A DNA stretch of 64,000 bases, taken from contig JAFGTR010000087.1 in the NCBI GenBank assembly GCA_016934055.1, positions 17,780 through 81,779 on the forward strand. Direction: 5' to 3'. Shown one piece after another: positions 62,726 to 64,000 of the stretch. The notes beneath the pieces were generated by a model. It was not told the origin of the DNA. It was given only the letters and a program-made list of their open reading frames with translations, and did no database searches. Positions within the stretch are counted from its first letter, which is position 1. Every line of letters starts with the position of its first letter. The position numbers and the translations under genes are program-made. The stretch comes from Bacteroidales bacterium. GTDB taxonomy: Bacteria; Bacteroidota; Bacteroidia; Bacteroidales; UBA10428.

Positions 62726-64000
62726 ATGAAAATGAAAAATATAATATCAGTTGCATCCATGATCGGCTTTTTGGTGTTTATACCATCCTGTACTGACCTG
62801 GATGAAACCCTGTACAGTGAGCTTTCTGAAAGCAATATTTCTTACACAGACGAGGAAGTCGAAAGCATGTCGGGCCCTGTATATACCAATCTGCGCTATA
62901 CTTACTGGGCATGGGAAGGTCTCTACGACCAGAGCGAGGAAAGCGGTGACCTGATTATGACCCCCCTTAGGCCTGGAGTTGGCTGGGGTGCACAATACAT
63001 ACTCATGCATAAGCACACCTACAACTCCTCAATCGGTCATTTTTACCAGACATGGTACTATCCTTATGTTGGTATTGGTTACTGCAACAAATTGCTTGAT
63101 CTGGACGGGATAAAAGCGGATAAGGAAAAGGTGGCCGAATTTCGTGCCATGAGAGCACTTTACTATTACATCCTGCTTGACATCTTCCGTAATGTCCCTC
63201 TGATCACTACCTCCGACATACCGGCAGGATTCCTGCCTGAGCAGGAAGACCCGGCTGTAGTTTTCGATTTCATCTTTTCTGAGCTGAATGAAGCAAAGTC
63301 TGATTTACCCAAAACATCGGGCTACGGGCGTATGAATTATTTTGCAGCCTGCATGACCCTTGCCAAAGTCTATTTAAATCACAACGCCTGGTTTTACGGG
63401 AATACTGAAGAAGGCTTTACAAGCACTGAATGGTATCAGAAAGCACTGGATGAGGTCAACGAAGTGCTGGCCAATCCCGCTTATCAGCTGGCTCAGAATT
63501 ATAAAGATCCCTTTATGGCTGATGCCAGCGGTTGTGAGGAAGTTATCTTTGCGATCCCGCTTGACGGCACCTATGCATCTGCTAATTATTTGAGCAACAA
63601 ATGTCTGCATAGCGCCAGTGCAGAGACTTTTCTGTATAATTCGGCTCCCTGGGACGGAAGCTGTGCCCTACCGCAGTTTATCGACACTTATGATCCTGAC
63701 GATAAACGCAAGACCGATACCTGGCTTATCGGCCCGCAGTACAAATATGAAAAGAATGGTGTTCCCATTACCATTTACCAGTACAATGATTACATGGAAG
63801 CCGGACAAACCGACGGGTTGGTAGCTACACCCATTACGGTGGATAATGAACCGTTAAATTATACGGTTTTCGTTCACAGTATTGATAATCCGGGAGCATT
63901 CAAGATGGAAGGCGCACGTTTCTGGAAGCAGGAAATCGTTTCAGGTCAGACCGGAACCTATGGAACCGATGTCTGTTTCTACCGCCTGGCCGATGCTATG
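62726..64000 (+). CDS. SusD/RagB-family lipoprotein (3' end beyond window edge)
   Basis: Not in the ORF track because there is no stop in the window. Hand translation from ATG 62726 gives MKMKNIISVASMIGFLVFIPSCTD (lipobox) ...RALYYYILLDIFRNVPLITT...FYRLADAM. It stays open for 425 codons to the window end. Confidence 0.85.
   Translation, partial: MKMKNIISVASMIGFLVFIPSCTDLDETLYSELSESNISYTDEEVESMSGPVYTNLRYTYWAWEGLYDQSEESGDLIMTPLRPGVGWGAQYILMHKHTYNSSIGHFYQTWYYPYVGIGYCNKLLDLDGIKADKEKVAEFRAMRALYYYILLDIFRNVPLITTSDIPAGFLPEQEDPAVVFDFIFSELNEAKSDLPKTSGYGRMNYFAACMTLAKVYLNHNAWFYGNTEEGFTSTEWYQKALDEVNEVLANPAYQLAQNYKDPFMADASGCEEVIFAIPLDGTYASANYLSNKCLHSASAETFLYNSAPWDGSCALPQFIDTYDPDDKRKTDTWLIGPQYKYEKNGVPITIYQYNDYMEAGQTDGLVATPITVDNEPLNYTVFVHSIDNPGAFKMEGARFWKQEIVSGQTGTYGTDVCFYRLADAM

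Overview
This 64 kb window looks like a Bacteroidota chromosomal segment. That assignment rests on two SusC/SusD pairs, an ECF sigma/FecR/STN-SusC module, DUF4252 genes, ribosomal protein THX and tandem FKBP lipoproteins. Most of it is housekeeping: kdsA, rarA, queA, fhs, ndk, recF, ribH, serA, RNase P RNA, tRNA-Lys(CTT) and tRNA-Arg(ACG). All product calls come from motif recognition in the supplied translations and from my own reverse-strand reading; no database search was possible. I found no CRISPR array, no intact mobile element and no recognisable defence or toxin system. The main structure that gene annotation does not explain is in the intergenic DNA. Many gaps are built from short tandem word arrays: 7-mers of the AAGATYN type, 8-mers of CACCAAAT and 6-7-mers of GTGGAC(T). 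These words flank GC-rich hairpins and fall into at least three recurring families. The first is a roughly 40 nt core present three times almost base for base. The second is a GTGGAC-flanked hairpin present twice. The third is a roughly 170 bp AT-rich element with three full copies and one partial copy. A decayed IS4-like element sits inside one such array. Secondary observations: one ECF sigma is followed by two tandem-duplicated FecR anti-sigma genes ahead of an STN-SusC. rnpB starts 2 nt after a stop codon. A short 2Fe-2S/ASKHA (RACo-like) protein has no corrinoid partner in view. Three FKBP lipoprotein genes lie in tandem. A THX protein carries a lysine-rich tail. There is also a small gene remnant. 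Several long listed ORFs are antisense shadows or lie inside rnpB and were rejected.
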